Of a stretch of 64,000 nt of DNA, positions 1 to 10,437 are shown one piece after another (within the stretch, counting starts at the first letter, position 1; each line of letters opens with the position of its first letter). The notes under the pieces were generated by a model. It saw nothing but the letters and a program-made list of their open reading frames with translations, did not search any database and was not told the origin of the DNA. The position numbers and the translations under genes are program-made. This stretch comes from Tenacibaculum sp. (GTDB taxonomy: Bacteria; Bacteroidota; Bacteroidia; Flavobacteriales; Flavobacteriaceae), in the NCBI GenBank assembly GCA_047971505.1, contig JBKDZU010000006.1:1956-65955 (forward strand), written 5' to 3'.

Positions 1-2
1 AT

Positions 3-1850
3 GTGGTAAACCAAGTAAACAAGCCCACCTTAGTTTTGGCTCATAACAAAACACTAGCAGCTCAGTTATACTCCGAATTTAAGCATTTCTTTCCTAACAA
101 TGCCATAGAGTATTTCGTTTCTTATTACGATTATTATCAGCCAGAAGCCTATATACCTGTAACGGGCACTTATATAGAAAAAGACCTATCAATTAACGAC
201 GAAATTGAAAAACTGAGGATAAGTACATCTTCCTCTTTGCTATCAGGAAGAAGAGATGTTTTAGTAGTAGCTTCAGTTTCCTGCCTATACGGTATTGGAA
301 ACCCCACCGAATTTAAAAAAAATACTATTGCGATTAAAGTAAATCAACAAATATCTAGAACAAAATTTTTGCACCTATTAGTAAGTGCCTTATATGCCCG
401 CACTGAAACTGAAATTAAAAGCGGAAGCTTTAAAGTTAAAGGAGATTTGGTCACCATTTATCCATCCTATGGCAATAGTGCCTATAAAGTACATTTTTTT
501 GGAGATGAAATTGAAGAAATAGAATCTTTTGATATTGAGAGCAGTCAAAAAATAAGTGAATTAGATAAACTAAATATTTATCCTGCAAACTTATTTGTAA
601 CTTCATCCGATGTTTTAAACAATGCAATTCGTCAAATTCAAGACGATCTGCTGGCGCAATACCAGTATTTTATTGATTCAAGTAAGCCTTTAGAGGCAAA
701 ACGTCTTAAAGAACGCACTGAGTTCGACTTAGAAATGATTCGCGAGCTAGGATACTGCTCAGGCATAGAAAACTACTCAAGGTATTTGGACGGACGTAGG
801 GCTGGCACTCGCCCTTTTTGCTTATTAGACTATTTTCCAGACGATTATTTAATGGTAATAGATGAAAGTCATGTAACATTGCCGCAAGTGCACGCCATGT
901 ATGGAGGAGACAAAAGCAGAAAGCTAAATTTAGTAGAATACGGATTTCGCTTACCTGCTGCCTTAGATAACAGGCCTTTAAAATTTGATGAATTTGAGGC
1001 ACTTCAAAATCAAGTGATATATATATCTGCCACCCCAGCAGAATATGAACTAGAAAAAACAGAAGGAATTTTTATAGAACAACTCATTCGCCCTACTGGT
1101 CTTTTAGATCCTGAAATTGAAATAAGACCCAGCAAAAATCAAATTGACGATCTTATTGAAGAAATTCAAACAAGAGTTGAAAAAAGCGAAAGAACACTAG
1201 TGACAACACTGACCAAACGCATGGCAGAAGAATTAGCTAAGTACCTTACCAGAATACAAATTAAATGCCGATATATACATTCAGATATAGACACCTTAGA
1301 AAGAGTAGAAATAATGCAAGGCTTAAGAAAAGGCTTATTTGATGTTTTAATAGGAGTTAACTTACTGCGAGAAGGATTAGACTTACCAGAGGTATCTTTA
1401 GTTGCCATTTTAGATGCCGACAAGGAAGGTTTTTTGCGTAGCCATCGCTCTTTAACCCAAACTGTGGGGCGCGCTGCTCGAAATATAAACGGCAAAGCAC
1501 TTATGTATGCCGATAGTATTACCAATAGTATGCAAAGCACCATAAATGAAACTAAGCGCAGAAGAGAAAAACAAATACTTTACAATACTGCTAACAATAT
1601 AATTCCCACCCAAATAAATAAAAAGATAGACAGTAAATTATCAAAAAAATCACTAACCGCCTATCAATACAATAATGCTATTCAAAAAGTAGCTGAGCAA
1701 GAGCTAGAATATTTGTCAAAAGAAGCTATAGAGAAGCAAATTAAAGAAAAGCGCAAACAAATGGAACAAGCAGCAAAAGCCCTAGATTTTATGATTGCAG
1801 CGCAGTTAAGAGATGAAATTTCTTTATTAAAACAAAAAATTTCAGACTAA
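3..1850 (+). CDS. uvrB: Excinuclease ABC subunit B (UvrB), N-terminus cut by window edge
   Basis: Open from the window edge. Shows UvrB/helicase motifs YYDYYQPEAYIP and GVNLLREGLDLPEVSLVAILDADKEGFLRS, plus a C-terminal UVR motif AAQLRDEISLLK. Confidence 0.95.
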   Translation: MVNQVNKPTLVLAHNKTLAAQLYSEFKHFFPNNAIEYFVSYYDYYQPEAYIPVTGTYIEKDLSINDEIEKLRISTSSSLLSGRRDVLVVASVSCLYGIGNPTEFKKNTIAIKVNQQISRTKFLHLLVSALYARTETEIKSGSFKVKGDLVTIYPSYGNSAYKVHFFGDEIEEIESFDIESSQKISELDKLNIYPANLFVTSSDVLNNAIRQIQDDLLAQYQYFIDSSKPLEAKRLKERTEFDLEMIRELGYCSGIENYSRYLDGRRAGTRPFCLLDYFPDDYLMVIDESHVTLPQVHAMYGGDKSRKLNLVEYGFRLPAALDNRPLKFDEFEALQNQVIYISATPAEYELEKTEGIFIEQLIRPTGLLDPEIEIRPSKNQIDDLIEEIQTRVEKSERTLVTTLTKRMAEELAKYLTRIQIKCRYIHSDIDTLERVEIMQGLRKGLFDVLIGVNLLREGLDLPEVSLVAILDADKEGFLRSHRSLTQTVGRAARNINGKALMYADSITNSMQSTINETKRRREKQILYNTANNIIPTQINKKIDSKLSKKSLTAYQYNNAIQKVAEQELEYLSKEAIEKQIKEKRKQMEQAAKALDFMIAAQLRDEISLLKQKISD

Positions 1851-1967
1851 AAAACTGTAAATTGCACTTTTACAAACATTCTTATTTCTAAATTTATCTA
1901 AAATAAGCTATTTAAACCAACTTATTGCTATAAATTAAACGATTAGTTATATCAATTAATTATTTTG

Positions 1968-2564
1968 CTACAAAACAGGTTCTATAAACTTTTCTAAATC
2001 TTTTTCGTTAATTTGATTTACTTTGTCCCAATTCATACTCTTTGAAGGATAAGCCGCTCCACGCCTAATACTCAAAAATTTTTTGCTTTTGCTTATAAGA
2101 TAAGTTGTTGGATAATCTAATTTATGAAAAAAACCATACGACTCTGTATATGCCTTATTTTCAAATTTCTTTGTTGAGGGAATTAAATTAATTCTCGAGT
2201 CTAATTTTTCTTGCATTCTCTGGATGCCATCTAAGTCATCCCAAAAAACCATAAGAAAAGTTATTTTATTACTGTATTTCTCAACCATTTTATTAATAGC
2301 AGGAATATCTCCCCAACAAGGTGCCGACCTTGTTGAAGTTGCAATTAATACTATAGGCTTTTTAAGCTTATCTGTACTGATTTTTTTTCCATCGATGGTT
2401 ATAAAATCATAGTTTAACAAATAAGAACCAATAAGACAATTATTGATTAGTGCATCAACAGTTTTTTCGTCACAATTATTAACGGCAAAATTGTAATATA
2501 CTTTTTCTTGAGCTAAAAAACTTGTTGAAAATAAAAAACTTAAAACGAATGCTATTTTCCTCAT
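1968..2564 (-). CDS. Secreted thioredoxin-fold (TlpA/redoxin-like) protein with a single-Cys active-site position
   Basis: Signal peptide MRKIAFVLSFLFSTSFLAQ. The redoxin-like core has APCWGD where a CxxC is expected. Lies 31 nt downstream of hemE on the same strand. Confidence 0.5.
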   Translation of the reverse strand: MRKIAFVLSFLFSTSFLAQEKVYYNFAVNNCDEKTVDALINNCLIGSYLLNYDFITIDGKKISTDKLKKPIVLIATSTRSAPCWGDIPAINKMVEKYSNKITFLMVFWDDLDGIQRMQEKLDSRINLIPSTKKFENKAYTESYGFFHKLDYPTTYLISKSKKFLSIRRGAAYPSKSMNWDKVNQINEKDLEKFIEPVL

Positions 2565-2595
2565 ATACTTTGGGTAATTAAGGGGTTTATTGATA

Positions 2596-3621
2596 TTATG
2601 CTTTGTATTCTTTTACAGCGTCAACAAAAGCTTTTGCGTTTTCAATAGGAACATTAGGCAAAATGCCATGCCCTAGGTTAACGATGTATTTATCTTTACC
2701 AAACTCATTTATCATTTGGTGTACCATTTTTTTTATCTCACTTGGTGCAGATAGCAGTCGAGCTGGATCTAAATTACCTTGCAAGGTAATATTTTTTCCT
2801 GTTAAAGAGCGTGCTTTTGCAGCAGGACAAGTCCAATCTACTCCCAAGGCAGATGCACTTGATTTTGCCATATTGCTCAGGGCAAACCAGCAACCCTTAG
2901 CAAAGACAATTACTGGAACTATATCCTTTAACGATTCTATTATTGTATTGATATACTGCCATGAAAATTCTCGATAATCTGTTGGGGATAGCAAACCACC
3001 CCAAGAGTCAAAAATTTGCACAACATTCACACCTGCCTCTACCTTTGCTTTTAAATATGCTATGGTGGTTAATGTTATTTTAGAAAGCAATTCGTGTGCC
3101 AAAACTGTTTGGCTAAAACAAAATTTTTTTGCTATATCAAAATTTTTAGACCCCTGACCTTGTACCATATAGCATAAAACTGTCCAAGGAGAGCCAGCAA
3201 AGCCAATTAGCGGAATTTCATTGTTTAATTTTTCTTTGGTAACCTTTACAGCTTCCATTACATATCCTAGTTTTTGACTTATATCGGGCACTTGTACTTG
3301 AGCTAGGCTTCTTTTATCTCTTATAGGATTTGGTAAATAGGGTCCTAAATTGGGCTTCATTTCAACTTTCATGTTCATAGCTTGAGGAACAACCAAGATA
3401 TCTGAAAATAAAATAGCTGCATCTAATTGATACCTTTTTATAGGTTGCAGGCTTATTTCAGATGCCAATTCAGGCTGTTTACAACGTGTAAAAAAGTCAT
3501 ACTTTTCGCGCAGTTTTCTGTACTCTGGCAAATATCTGCCTGCTTGGCGCATCATCCAAACAGGTGGTCGCTTTACAGTTTCGCCTTTTAAGGCTCTTAA
3601 AAATAAATTGTTTTTTATCAT
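2596..3621 (-). CDS. hemE: Uroporphyrinogen decarboxylase
   Basis: 341 aa with the N-terminal signature [17 protein letters not shown] and full-length URO-D-like organisation. Confidence 0.95.
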   Translation of the reverse strand: MIKNNLFLRALKGETVKRPPVWMMRQAGRYLPEYRKLREKYDFFTRCKQPELASEISLQPIKRYQLDAAILFSDILVVPQAMNMKVEMKPNLGPYLPNPIRDKRSLAQVQVPDISQKLGYVMEAVKVTKEKLNNEIPLIGFAGSPWTVLCYMVQGQGSKNFDIAKKFCFSQTVLAHELLSKITLTTIAYLKAKVEAGVNVVQIFDSWGGLLSPTDYREFSWQYINTIIESLKDIVPVIVFAKGCWFALSNMAKSSASALGVDWTCPAAKARSLTGKNITLQGNLDPARLLSAPSEIKKMVHQMINEFGKDKYIVNLGHGILPNVPIENAKAFVDAVKEYKA

Positions 3622-3683
3622 CTTTAGTTTAAGTGCTCTATTAATATGCTAAAGTATTTACTTTTATGCAATTTTAAAATTTT

Positions 3684-4982
3684 TTATTTTTTGTGGTTTT
3701 TAGCTAGCATTTCCATAGATTTTTCAATTGCTATGGCTATTTTCTTTATATCGTTTTCTGAAATAGCAGATGATAAAAACCAGGCTTCAAACTGCGATGG
3801 AGGTATAAATACACCGTGTTTTATCATCTCCCAAAAAAAACTTGTAAACATTTTACTGTTTGAACTTTGTGCCTCTTTAAAATTTGTCACTTCTTTATTT
3901 GAAAAAAAAGGGCTTAACATTGAGCCAAAGTGATTAACATTAACTGCAATATCGTATTTTTTAGCATATTCCGATAAAAACACCTTTATAATTTTACCTA
4001 ATTCGTCAAGTTTTTTATACGGGTTTTGCCTTTTAAGTTCTGTTAAGGTTGATATACCAGCAGCCATTGCTATTGGGTTTCCACTTAAAGTTCCTGCCTG
4101 ATACATATCGCCCACTGGTGCTACTTGGTCCATAATTTCAGTTCTGCCTCCGTAGGCACCTACTGGAAATCCTCCTCCTATTACCTTTCCTAAACAAGTT
4201 ATATCGGCTTTAACTTTAAATAGGTCTTGAACTCCTCCAAATTTTGACCTAAAGCCTGTCATTACTTCATCGACAATCAACAAAGCACCTTTTGAGTTAA
4301 CATATTTTTTAAGCTTTTTTAAAAAGTCATTTTGTGGGATAACAACACCCATATTGCCTGCTACAGGTTCTATAATAACTCCTGCTATATCGCTATGTAT
4401 TTCAAAATGAGTTTTTACGCTTTCTAAATCATTGTAATTAGCTATCAGTGTGTTTTTTACTGCTTCTTCAGGAACTCCTTTGGTTCCAGGGAGGCTAAGA
4501 GTTGCCAATCCTGAACCAGCTGCCACTAGAAGAGCATCTTGATGCCCGTGATAGCAGCCCGAAAATTTTATAATCTTGTTTTTACCTGTAAATGCTCTTG
4601 CCAAACGAATTGCACTCAAAACGGCTTCTGTTCCTGAATTTACAAAACGCAATTTATCTATCGATGTAAAAGCACTGCAAATGATTTCAGCTAGTTTTAT
4701 TTCACTTTTGTTTGAAGCTCCAAATGAATAACCATTTTTTAAAGCACTTATTATTGATTTTTGTACTTTTTTGTGACGATGTCCTAAAATCATAGGACCG
4801 TAAGATAAAACTAAATCTATATATGAATTATCGTCTGCATCAATTATTCTACTCCCTTTGGCTTTTTTTATAAATATAGGGTTTCCGCCAACTGAGGTAA
4901 AAGCACGCACAGGTGAATTAACTGAACCAACTAAGCATTGAAGTCCGTTTAAATATAGTTTTTTTGATTTTTTAAACTTCAT
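3684..4982 (-). CDS. hemL: Glutamate-1-semialdehyde 2,1-aminomutase
   Basis: 432 aa class-III PLP aminotransferase. Motifs GSVNSPVRAF and LIVDEVMTGFR. Confidence 0.95.
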   Translation of the reverse strand: MKFKKSKKLYLNGLQCLVGSVNSPVRAFTSVGGNPIFIKKAKGSRIIDADDNSYIDLVLSYGPMILGHRHKKVQKSIISALKNGYSFGASNKSEIKLAEIICSAFTSIDKLRFVNSGTEAVLSAIRLARAFTGKNKIIKFSGCYHGHQDALLVAAGSGLATLSLPGTKGVPEEAVKNTLIANYNDLESVKTHFEIHSDIAGVIIEPVAGNMGVVIPQNDFLKKLKKYVNSKGALLIVDEVMTGFRSKFGGVQDLFKVKADITCLGKVIGGGFPVGAYGGRTEIMDQVAPVGDMYQAGTLSGNPIAMAAGISTLTELKRQNPYKKLDELGKIIKVFLSEYAKKYDIAVNVNHFGSMLSPFFSNKEVTNFKEAQSSNSKMFTSFFWEMIKHGVFIPPSQFEAWFLSSAISENDIKKIAIAIEKSMEMLAKNHKK

Positions 4983-5118
4983 ATATTCTTTATGTGTATA
5001 AACCTCTGACTTTAATATTATAGCTACAGCTTTTTAAGTTTTTAATTATCGCTAGTGATGCTTTAAACTGAGATAAATTCGTGCAAAAGTAAAAATACTT
5101 TGATATAATTGTTTTGTT

Positions 5119-6102
5119 TTATATCTGTTTTTTTACTTCATGTTTGTTCAATATGCGGGCAGCCTGTTTTGCGAAATATGTAATTATAATATCGGCTCCA
5201 GCTCGTTTCATTGACAGTAAGCTTTCTATCATTACTTGTTTGCCGTCAATCCAAGCTTTTTCTGCAGCAGCTTTTATCATGGCGTATTCACCACTTACAT
5301 TGTAGCAAGCTACGGGTAAATTAAATTTGTTTTTTAAATCCCTAATTATATCTAAATACAGCAGGGCAGGTTTAACCATTAAAATGTCAACTCCCTCTTG
5401 GCTGTCAAACAAAGCTTTGCGCAAACCTTCGTTTCTGTTTGATGGATCTATTTGATGACTTTTTCTATGTCCAAATAAAGGTTCTGCGTCAACAGCCTCT
5501 CTAAACGGACCATAAAGTGCGGAGGAGTATTTTACTGAATATCCCATAATTGGGAGGTTGTAAAAACCTGAACTGTCTAGTGCTTTGCGCATATTTAAAA
5601 CAGTTCCATCCATCATGCCAGATGGTGCTAGCATATCCGCCCCTGCTTTAGCATGCGATAGTGCTTGTTTGGCAATATTCACTAAGGTTGCGTCGTTGTC
5701 AATATCGTTGTCTTTAACAACCCCACAGTAACCGTAAGTTGTGTATTCGCAAAAGCAAACATCTGTAATAATATATAAGTTTGGGTAGTTTTTTTTAATA
5801 AATTGTATGGCTTGTTGAATAATTCCTTTGTCGTTCCAAGTTTCTGTTCCAAGATGATCTTTTGTGGCAGGAACTCCAAAAAGAAGTACCGCTTGAATAT
5901 TTAAAGCTGTTATTTCGTTTAATTCTTTTGAGAGTTTGTCTAAAGAATATTTCTTTATTCCAGGCATTGATTGAATTTCTGTTTCTATTCCTTTCCCTTC
6001 TTGTATAAACAAAGGATAAATTAAGTCATCTACAGAAAGTTTGTTTTCTCTTACCAGCCTGCGAATATTTTCTGTTTTTCTAAGTCTTCTAGTTCTGTAC
6101 AT
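5119..6102 (-). CDS. hemB: Porphobilinogen synthase (delta-aminolevulinate dehydratase), Zn-type
   Basis: 327 aa. Has the Cys-rich metal site DVCFCEYTTYGYCG and the Schiff-base lysine context ILMVKPAL. Confidence 0.95.
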   Translation of the reverse strand: MYRTRRLRKTENIRRLVRENKLSVDDLIYPLFIQEGKGIETEIQSMPGIKKYSLDKLSKELNEITALNIQAVLLFGVPATKDHLGTETWNDKGIIQQAIQFIKKNYPNLYIITDVCFCEYTTYGYCGVVKDNDIDNDATLVNIAKQALSHAKAGADMLAPSGMMDGTVLNMRKALDSSGFYNLPIMGYSVKYSSALYGPFREAVDAEPLFGHRKSHQIDPSNRNEGLRKALFDSQEGVDILMVKPALLYLDIIRDLKNKFNLPVACYNVSGEYAMIKAAAEKAWIDGKQVMIESLLSMKRAGADIIITYFAKQAARILNKHEVKKQI

Positions 6103-6190
6103 AATGTAGCTGTATTTAAAATTTTACTAAAAGATATTTGCCAAGCTTGCTTTTAAATTTATCAGTTATATAGTTTGTCAATTACTTACT

Positions 6191-7804
6191 CTAATTAATA
6201 TCTTTACAGTTATTTTCGTGTTTTTTTGCAAAATGCAATGCTACTTTTTTAAGCAAACTTTCAACACTTGGCATTTTTGCAGTATGTACTGTTTTAAAAT
6301 GTTTTTGTGCTTCTTTTGCTGTGGTATCGCCTATGCAAAAAGCTGTAGTATTAGCTTGGTTTTGTTGCATAAAACTCTTTACTGCCGACGGACTGTAAAA
6401 AAGAACTCCGTTTGCATTGCTTTTTATTTTTACAGGACTGTATATGGTTTTATAGGATTCTATTTCTTTTACATTAATTTGCTTTGAGCTCAGTATGCTA
6501 GTTAAGGTATCTAACCTAATATTACTGCAAAAATAGGTTACCTCTTTTTTTTTTAGGTTTTCACTGAGGTATATTGCTAATTTTTCTATCTTATTTTCTG
6601 AGTGGGTAACTTTTCCTATTTTTTGTTCAATTAATTTTTTTGTTCTTCTGCCAACACAGTAAATGTTTTTAAAATTTATTTGCTCTTTAACAAAATTATA
6701 CAGCAAGGATTCAACTCCGTTTTTACTTGTAATAACCACGTTTTCAATTGGTTTTTTTACCTCTGAGGGCGCAATTCGATTAAATCGAATTTTTATAAAA
6801 TCGTTGTCTTCTAATTTTACCGTGCTGGGCAATATTTTTTTTTGAATTTCAGATATTTTTTTAGTAGAGTAAATTAAAAATTGCTTTTCGGTACTTTGTT
6901 CTTTTGCCATCAGCAATTTAGCGCCTTTTTCTAGCATTTGTTGGGCACAGTCTTTTGCTAGGTATTTCCAAGAGTTTAAATTGGCTTTTTTTGATACTTC
7001 AATTTTTTTTCGTCCATCTTTACTCAGTAAAATACCTTTAAACCGGATTTGTTTTGCTGTTTTATCTAGAGTTGCCAAGGCACCAATGGGTGCTGTACAA
7101 CCTCCTTCTAAGCGATTTAAAAATTCTCTTTCTATCTCAGTGCAAATCTCAGTGTTTTTATCGTTTAACTCTATGCATGCTTCCTTTAAAAAAGTGTTTT
7201 TTTCTAAAGCTGTAAGCATTATTGCTCCTTGTGCTGGTGCTGGTATCATCCAAGGCAAGGTAATGATTTCTTTGGGTTTTTTACCTATACGTTCTAAACC
7301 TGCTACAGCAAAAATAGCTCCGTTCCAAGGGTTGTTATTTAATTTTTTTAAACGAGTTATAACATTACCTCGTAAATTAACCACCTGATGGGTTGGGTAT
7401 CTGTTTAACCACTGTGCCTTTCTTCTTAAACTACCAGTTGCAACAATACCTTGTTTTTGACCCATAAATTCCTCAGTGCTTTTTAAAACTAAAACATCCA
7501 GATAGTTAGCTCTTTTTAGTACTGCTACTTGTGCAATTCCTTTTGGCAAAATAGTGGGTACGTCTTTCATTGAATGCACGGCGAGATCTATATGTCCTTC
7601 TAACAGTGCAAAATCTAATTTTTTGGTAAATATACCTGTAATGCCAAATTCGTAAAGAGGTTTATCGGGAACTAAGTCACCTTCAGACTTAATGGGGACT
7701 AATTGAGTTTGGTATCCTTTTTTTTTGAGTAACCTTTCTACTTCTTTAGCTTGCCAAAGGGCTAGCTCGCTTTGACGGGTACCTATTTTAATAATCTTTT
7801 GCAT
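6191..7804 (-). CDS. hemC: Fused hydroxymethylbilane synthase (HemC, N-terminal ~300 aa) and uroporphyrinogen-III synthase (HemD-like, C-terminal ~230 aa)
   Basis: 537 aa. The N-terminal part has KIGTRQSELALWQA and the cofactor cysteine motif EGGCTAPIGA. The C-terminal part has HemD-like ITSKNGVESL and LFYSPSAVKSF. There is no stop between the two domains. Confidence 0.85.
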   Translation of the reverse strand: MQKIIKIGTRQSELALWQAKEVERLLKKKGYQTQLVPIKSEGDLVPDKPLYEFGITGIFTKKLDFALLEGHIDLAVHSMKDVPTILPKGIAQVAVLKRANYLDVLVLKSTEEFMGQKQGIVATGSLRRKAQWLNRYPTHQVVNLRGNVITRLKKLNNNPWNGAIFAVAGLERIGKKPKEIITLPWMIPAPAQGAIMLTALEKNTFLKEACIELNDKNTEICTEIEREFLNRLEGGCTAPIGALATLDKTAKQIRFKGILLSKDGRKKIEVSKKANLNSWKYLAKDCAQQMLEKGAKLLMAKEQSTEKQFLIYSTKKISEIQKKILPSTVKLEDNDFIKIRFNRIAPSEVKKPIENVVITSKNGVESLLYNFVKEQINFKNIYCVGRRTKKLIEQKIGKVTHSENKIEKLAIYLSENLKKKEVTYFCSNIRLDTLTSILSSKQINVKEIESYKTIYSPVKIKSNANGVLFYSPSAVKSFMQQNQANTTAFCIGDTTAKEAQKHFKTVHTAKMPSVESLLKKVALHFAKKHENNCKDIN

Positions 7805-9080
7805 TTACTGATTCTAAGTCGTTTGCAAAAACCTTTAACATTACTTCAATGCTTTGATTAATGGAAGTTTTTTCGTTTTTTAAGTGCTTTGCAAACTGTG
7901 TGGTTATTTTTTGAATGAATCTGGATGTAAGTGCTTCTGCTTGTTCCTGGTTAAAGTCATCTGTTTTTTTGCGATAAAAAGCTATTTCGTCTTTTTGCAT
8001 GCTCAGCAGCGATTGCTTTAAGGCGTTTATAGCTGGGGTAAATTTTCTGTGATTAAGCCACTGGTTAAAATCAGCTTTATGTATATCTATAATAACCTCT
8101 GCTAGAGGAATTTCTCTTTGTCTTATTGCAAGGGTTTTATGAGTTATTTTTGAAAGTTGGTCAATATTTACTACATCTACTTTTTTTAATTCGGCGGTGT
8201 TTTCGGCCACGTTGGCAGGCATGGACAAATCTAAGATTAGCAGTTTTTTGTCGGGCAAAATACAATCTTTAGTAATTATTGGCTCGTCTGCTCCAGTTGA
8301 AACAATTAGCACATCAGCAAGGGCTATTTCTTGTTTTAAGTTTTTGTATTTAGCCTGCCTAACAAAAGGGTGTGTTTTTGCAAATTCTTCTGTTTTTTGA
8401 TGAGTTCTATTAATCAAGCAAAGTGTTCTGTTTTGAGTGTATTGACTTATATTTTTGCAAGTGTGCTTACCTATTTTGCCCAAACCTAAAATCAATATTT
8501 TTTTTAAATTATAGTTTGGCAACTTGTTAATTAGGTATTGTACTGCCGCATAAGATACCGAAGTGGTGCCCGAACTTAATTTAGTTTCATTTTTTACTTG
8601 TTTGCTCGCCTGCATTACACTATTAAACAAGCGCTCTAAATAGGCATTAGTTGTTTGATTTTTTTTAGCCTGTTTAAAGGCTTGCTTAAGTTGTCCTACT
8701 ATTTCGTAGTCTCCTAAAATTTGACTGTCTAGACCTGTTGCTATTCTAAATAGATGATTAATGGCTGCTTGTTCTTTATTTATGTATGACACCTTTGCAA
8801 ATTCCTTAAGTGTACCCTTGGTGTACTTACACAATAGGCTTATCAGTTTAAAGGGATTATTAGTATATCCTGTTATTTCTGTCCTGTTACAAGTTGATAA
8901 AACAAAAATACCTTCTACACCCTTTTCTTTAGATTCTTGTAACAGAGCAAGTTGATTTTCTTTTGACAATGAAAACTTAGCACGTGTTTTAACATCGGCT
9001 TTTTTATAACTCAATCCAATATTGTATAACTTAGGTGTATTGTTTTTGTACATTGATAATTTTTTCCAAAAATCATTCAA
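7788..9080 (-). CDS. hemA: Glutamyl-tRNA reductase
   Basis: 430 aa. Has IGLSYKKADVKTRAKFSL and the catalytic Cys motif LSTCNRTEI. The stop overlaps the hemC start by 17 nt. An alternative start exists at Met10 (9053). Confidence 0.9.
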   Translation of the reverse strand: MNDFWKKLSMYKNNTPKLYNIGLSYKKADVKTRAKFSLSKENQLALLQESKEKGVEGIFVLSTCNRTEITGYTNNPFKLISLLCKYTKGTLKEFAKVSYINKEQAAINHLFRIATGLDSQILGDYEIVGQLKQAFKQAKKNQTTNAYLERLFNSVMQASKQVKNETKLSSGTTSVSYAAVQYLINKLPNYNLKKILILGLGKIGKHTCKNISQYTQNRTLCLINRTHQKTEEFAKTHPFVRQAKYKNLKQEIALADVLIVSTGADEPIITKDCILPDKKLLILDLSMPANVAENTAELKKVDVVNIDQLSKITHKTLAIRQREIPLAEVIIDIHKADFNQWLNHRKFTPAINALKQSLLSMQKDEIAFYRKKTDDFNQEQAEALTSRFIQKITTQFAKHLKNEKTSINQSIEVMLKVFANDLESVNAKDY

Positions 9081-9240
9081 AAGTATAAAGTTTAATTTAT
9101 TAAAAGTATCGCTAAAAGAACTTTTTATAACGCTTTAGGTTTTTGTGCATTCTAAATTTTAAAGCAAACTAAAAATGTGTACTTTTGCAGTAAAATCAGA
9201 TGCTTATTAAAAAATAATACAGAATTATTCTAAATAAGCA

Positions 9241-10146
9241 TTGAAGTTAAATTCCGAATTTATGTTAAAAAATGTCGCAGAAAGTGCTTTTACAGAAGTA
9301 AGGTTTGAAAAGGGTTTTTCGGTGCTTATATTTTACAATAGCAAGCAATATATTGAATACTATAAGCGCGATGTTGATAGCTCATTTATACAAATACATT
9401 ACTGTGTTGAAGGCAGTTGTAAATTTCACTTTAACAATAAAGCTTATACTTTTACGGTTTTAGATAAGCATTCTGTTTTAATGTACAATCCTCAGCAAAA
9501 ACTACCCATAAATATGGAAATTTTACCCAAAACTAGGGTAATTTCAATTTTGATTTCTATCAAAATTTTTCATTTTTTATTTTCTAAAGAAGCAGGCTAT
9601 ATACCTTTTTTAAGCGATGACAATATAAACCGAAAGTACTACGACAATACACCCATTAAAAACGAAGTGCTAGAAGTTCTCGAACAAATATTTAGCATAA
9701 ATTTACACGATTCTGTAAAAGATTTGTATTTAAGAGGTAAAACTTATGAGCTGTTAAGTTTGCACTTTAATAGCAACGAAAATTCAAATGATAAAAACTG
9801 TCCTTTTTTGGTTGATGACAAAGAGATTTTAAAGATAAGAAATGCCAAAGACCTTATTATATTAAAAATGAGCGAGCCACCTAGTTTACAAGATTTAGCT
9901 AATTCAGTGGGGCTGAATATTAGAAAATTAAAAGAAGGGTTTAAGCAAATTTACGGAGATACGGTTTACAGCTTTTTGTTTAATTACAAAATGGAACATG
10001 CAAGAAAGATGTTGGAAACCAAACAGTTTAATGTAAATGAGGTGGGTTTGCAGATTGGATATAGCACTTCGAGTCATTTTATTGTTGCCTTTAAAAAAAA
10101 ATTTGGCGTCACACCTAAGCAGTATACTATCAGCTTAGATAAGTAA
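9241..10146 (+). CDS. AraC-family transcriptional regulator, divergent from hemA
   Basis: C-terminal dual HTH: SLQDLANSVGLNIRKLKEGFKQIYG ... IGYSTSSHFIVAFKKKFGVTPKQY. The track start is TTG at 9241; an ATG at 9262 is an alternative. Confidence 0.85.
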   Translation: MKLNSEFMLKNVAESAFTEVRFEKGFSVLIFYNSKQYIEYYKRDVDSSFIQIHYCVEGSCKFHFNNKAYTFTVLDKHSVLMYNPQQKLPINMEILPKTRVISILISIKIFHFLFSKEAGYIPFLSDDNINRKYYDNTPIKNEVLEVLEQIFSINLHDSVKDLYLRGKTYELLSLHFNSNENSNDKNCPFLVDDKEILKIRNAKDLIILKMSEPPSLQDLANSVGLNIRKLKEGFKQIYGDTVYSFLFNYKMEHARKMLETKQFNVNEVGLQIGYSTSSHFIVAFKKKFGVTPKQYTISLDK

Positions 10147-10437
10147 CCTGCCGAGAGATGTTCTAGTAAAAATGCAATTTATCTTTACTTTTGGTTTTTA
10201 CGTGTTGTTTAAATTTTTATCGATAGAAAAATACAATTTGTAAAACCGTTTGCTTCTTTATTTGACATATACAATAACTAAAAAAACTCAGTAAACTAGT
10301 TTTTGCAACACTGTTAATCATTAATATTAATTTAACAAATTTTTAACACGAGTTTATATTTTTTTATTTATTATTTCAATTTTAGATTAAATTAATCTAC
10401 TTAAATGGTTTGTTTTTTATTAACATTCTTATAAAAG

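Noticed and set aside
6981-7388. 135-aa plus-strand ORF inside hemC-hemD. Similar antisense ORFs occur at 1166-1543, 2603-2977 and 60007-60408, along with many of 60-100 aa.
   Set aside because: Each lies entirely antisense within a well-supported conserved gene. Their translations are low-complexity and rich in Phe/Ser/Leu/Ile, as expected from reverse-complemented codons, and show no recognisable motifs. They are treated as shadow ORFs.
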